The notes under the pieces were generated by a model. That model saw only the letters and a list, made by a program, of their open reading frames with translations, was not told the origin of the DNA and searched no databases. From positions 23,466 through 87,465 of the forward strand of contig JBAZNT010000004.1 of the NCBI GenBank assembly GCA_041649115.1: a stretch of DNA of 64,000 nucleotides, read 5' to 3'. The translations under genes were made by a program, and so were the position numbers. How positions within the stretch are numbered: the stretch's first letter is position 1; each line of letters starts with the position of its first letter. Shown piece after piece: positions 62,456-64,000 of this stretch. Source of the DNA: Candidatus Omnitrophota bacterium (GTDB taxonomy: Bacteria > Omnitrophota > Gorgyraeia > Gygaellales > Profunditerraquicolaceae).

Positions 62456-63619
62456 ATGTCGGTAACAAAAAAAGTTAAAAATTTGCAGCCTTCTGGTATC
62501 CGGGAGTTTTTTGACCTGGTGCTCGGGATGAAAGAGGTCATCTCTTTGGGTGTAGGGGAGCCTGATTTTGTAACGCCGTGGCAGATCCGCGAGGCCGGGA
62601 TATATTCCCTGGAGGAAGGCTTCACCTCTTACACCTCCAATAAAGGGCTATATAAATTAAGGCTCGGGATTGCGCGCTATCTTAAGAACCGCTGGGGGCT
62701 GGAGTATTCGCCGGAAGAAGAAATCCTTATTACGGTTGGCGCAAGCGAAGGCATGGACCTTGCCTTAAGAACCCTCATTAATCCTAAAGATAAGGTCCTG
62801 ATTCCCGTGCCCAGCTATGTTTCTTACGGCCCGCTTACGGAATTGGCCGCAGGGGAGCCGGTATATATTGATACTACCCCTTATGGTTTTAAGCTTACCC
62901 CGGAATTGCTTGAGAAATACGCGGCCAAAAAACCCAAGGCCCTGATATTAAATTATCCTGCTAACCCCACGGGCGTATCTTATACCGCCAGGGAGCTTGG
63001 GGAAATCAACCGCATCCTCCTGAAACACAAAATCCTTTGCATAACAGACGAGATTTACGGGGAGCTTACCTATGATTTCCAGCATACCCCTTTTGCTACC
63101 TTAAAGGGCGCAAAGGGTAATACCGTTTACCTCGACGGTTTCTCCAAGAGTTACGCTATGACAGGATGGAGGGTAGGGTTTGCGGCCGGCCCGGAAGATA
63201 TCATTTCGGCAATGAACAAGATACACCAATATACCATTATGTGCGTATCCATCACTTCCCAGATGGCTGCCTGTGAGGCGTTGCAGGCGGGGAGGAGGTC
63301 CGTAGAGGAGATGAAGCGGGAATACCGCCGCCGCAGGGAATTTGTGATAGCCGAGCTTAACCGTATGGGCCTGGAGTGCCATATGCCGCAAGGTGCATTC
63401 TATGCTTTCCCAAGCATAAAATCCAGCGGCATGAGCTCTATTGATTTCTGTCAGAAGCTGCTTAAGGATCAGAAGGTGGCGGTTGTGCCGGGAACTGCCT
63501 TTACGCCAATGGCAGAGGGTTATGTCAGGATTTCCTATGCCTCAAGCATCAATAGCCTCAAGGAGGCTTTAAATAGAATCGGGGCGTTTTTAGAGAAGCA
63601 CCGCCCTGTTAAAAAATAA
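62456..63619 (+). CDS. Class I/II PLP-dependent aminotransferase (aspartate/aromatic aminotransferase-like)
   Basis: LQPSGIREFFDL, LGVGEPDF.TP, NYPANPTG, PLP-lysine motif FSKSYAMTGWRVG, VRISYA. Confidence 0.85.
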   Translation: MSVTKKVKNLQPSGIREFFDLVLGMKEVISLGVGEPDFVTPWQIREAGIYSLEEGFTSYTSNKGLYKLRLGIARYLKNRWGLEYSPEEEILITVGASEGMDLALRTLINPKDKVLIPVPSYVSYGPLTELAAGEPVYIDTTPYGFKLTPELLEKYAAKKPKALILNYPANPTGVSYTARELGEINRILLKHKILCITDEIYGELTYDFQHTPFATLKGAKGNTVYLDGFSKSYAMTGWRVGFAAGPEDIISAMNKIHQYTIMCVSITSQMAACEALQAGRRSVEEMKREYRRRREFVIAELNRMGLECHMPQGAFYAFPSIKSSGMSSIDFCQKLLKDQKVAVVPGTAFTPMAEGYVRISYASSINSLKEALNRIGAFLEKHRPVKK

Positions 63620-63643
63620 CGCACAATAATAAGGAGGAAAGAG

Positions 63644-64000
63644 ATGCCTAAAAAGACAAAGACTGAGATCCTCAAGATTGTTAAGGAGGAAAAAATAAAG
63701 TTTATCCGCTTGTGGTTTACCGATGTCCTGGGTTTTTTGAAAGGGTTTGCCATTACCCCCGATGAGCTGGAAGGCGCCCTGGATGAAGGGATGGGGTTTG
63801 ACGGCTCTTCCATCGAGGGTTTTGCGCGCATCGAGGAGTCGGATATGATAGCGCGGCCCGACCCCGAGACGTTTGCGATTATACCCTGGCGCTCTGCCGA
63901 AGGGTGCAAGGTAGCGCGGATGTTCTGCGACATATATGAACCCAGCGGCAGGTCCTTTGAAGGAGACCCGCGTTATGTGCTTAAGCGTAATCTTGCCCGC
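63644..64000 (+). CDS. glnA: Glutamine synthetase type I, N-terminal part (truncated by the window end)
   Basis: AGGAGG RBS, then MPKKTKTEILKIVKEEKIKFIRLWFTDVLGFLKGFAITPDELEGALDEGMGFDGSSIEGFARIEESDM...; this is the canonical GlnA beta-grasp domain, and the ORF runs to the window edge. Confidence 0.85.
   Translation, partial: MPKKTKTEILKIVKEEKIKFIRLWFTDVLGFLKGFAITPDELEGALDEGMGFDGSSIEGFARIEESDMIARPDPETFAIIPWRSAEGCKVARMFCDIYEPSGRSFEGDPRYVLKRNLAR

Noticed and set aside
1-64000. Search for rRNA, tRNA, CRISPR arrays, integrases or phage genes
   Set aside because: Intergenic regions are short (mostly under 200 nt). None shows cloverleaf-compatible arms, spaced direct repeats or integrase-like ORFs. 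The only mobile-element signature is the RAYT/REP system.

Overview
The window holds one enormous ORF followed by ordinary bacterial housekeeping and accessory loci, all but one gene on the + strand. No rRNA, tRNA or CRISPR array was seen.

(1) nt 57-28076 is a single uninterrupted ORF of at least 9,339 aa. Its frame has no stop back to the left window edge, so the gene may be longer. It concatenates more than 20 unrelated enzyme-like domains:
- guanylate-kinase-like, HAD-IIB phosphatase, GNAT and calcineurin-type metallophosphoesterase domains
- an HD domain and two DUF89-like domains flanking a left-handed beta-helix
- a clan-CD (caspase/CHAT/CPD-like) His-Cys domain
- a membrane-embedded polysaccharide module: TM cluster, two CE4 deacetylases with beta-sandwich domains, and a HasA/NodC-type processive GT2
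- a CheR-like methyltransferase, an S8-like and an M28 peptidase, a Pol-beta-type nucleotidyltransferase and a transglutaminase-like Cys-His-Asp domain

The domains are separated by recurring short His-Glu 'junction' modules. Two of these are a perfect 435-bp direct repeat lying 2,541 bp apart (in frame) and bracketing the S8-M28 cassette.

(2) nt 28.1-28.9 kb: two tandem stand-alone PilZ genes that share a conserved leader motif.

(3) nt 28.9-43.9 kb: a glycan-utilisation locus. It contains a lipoprotein SBP plus two ABC permeases, a GPH/MFS symporter, two paralogous clan GH-A glycosidases, a tandem CBM-like protein, a TPR protein, ROK and LacI regulators and a coiled-coil protein.

(4) nt 43.9-50.8 kb: nrdJ (with a sigma70 promoter and NrdR-box-like sites), apgM, a REP-associated tyrosine transposase nested in a palindromic element (two MITE/REP-like relatives lie elsewhere), mnmG and a QueG-like Fe-S protein.

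(5) nt 50.7-61.0 kb: a contiguous phosphate supra-locus of pit, DUF47, phoB/phoR-like genes, an orphan receiver, a porin and pstSCAB-phoU, with candidate Pho boxes.

(6) nt 61.2-64.0 kb: nadE, an Lrp/AsnC regulator, a class-I aminotransferase and the 5' part of glnA.

Taxonomy cannot be determined from the sequence alone. Giant multi-enzyme ORFs plus this gene style suggest an uncultured lineage, but that is inference. All domain calls rest on motif reading by eye, not on HMM searches.
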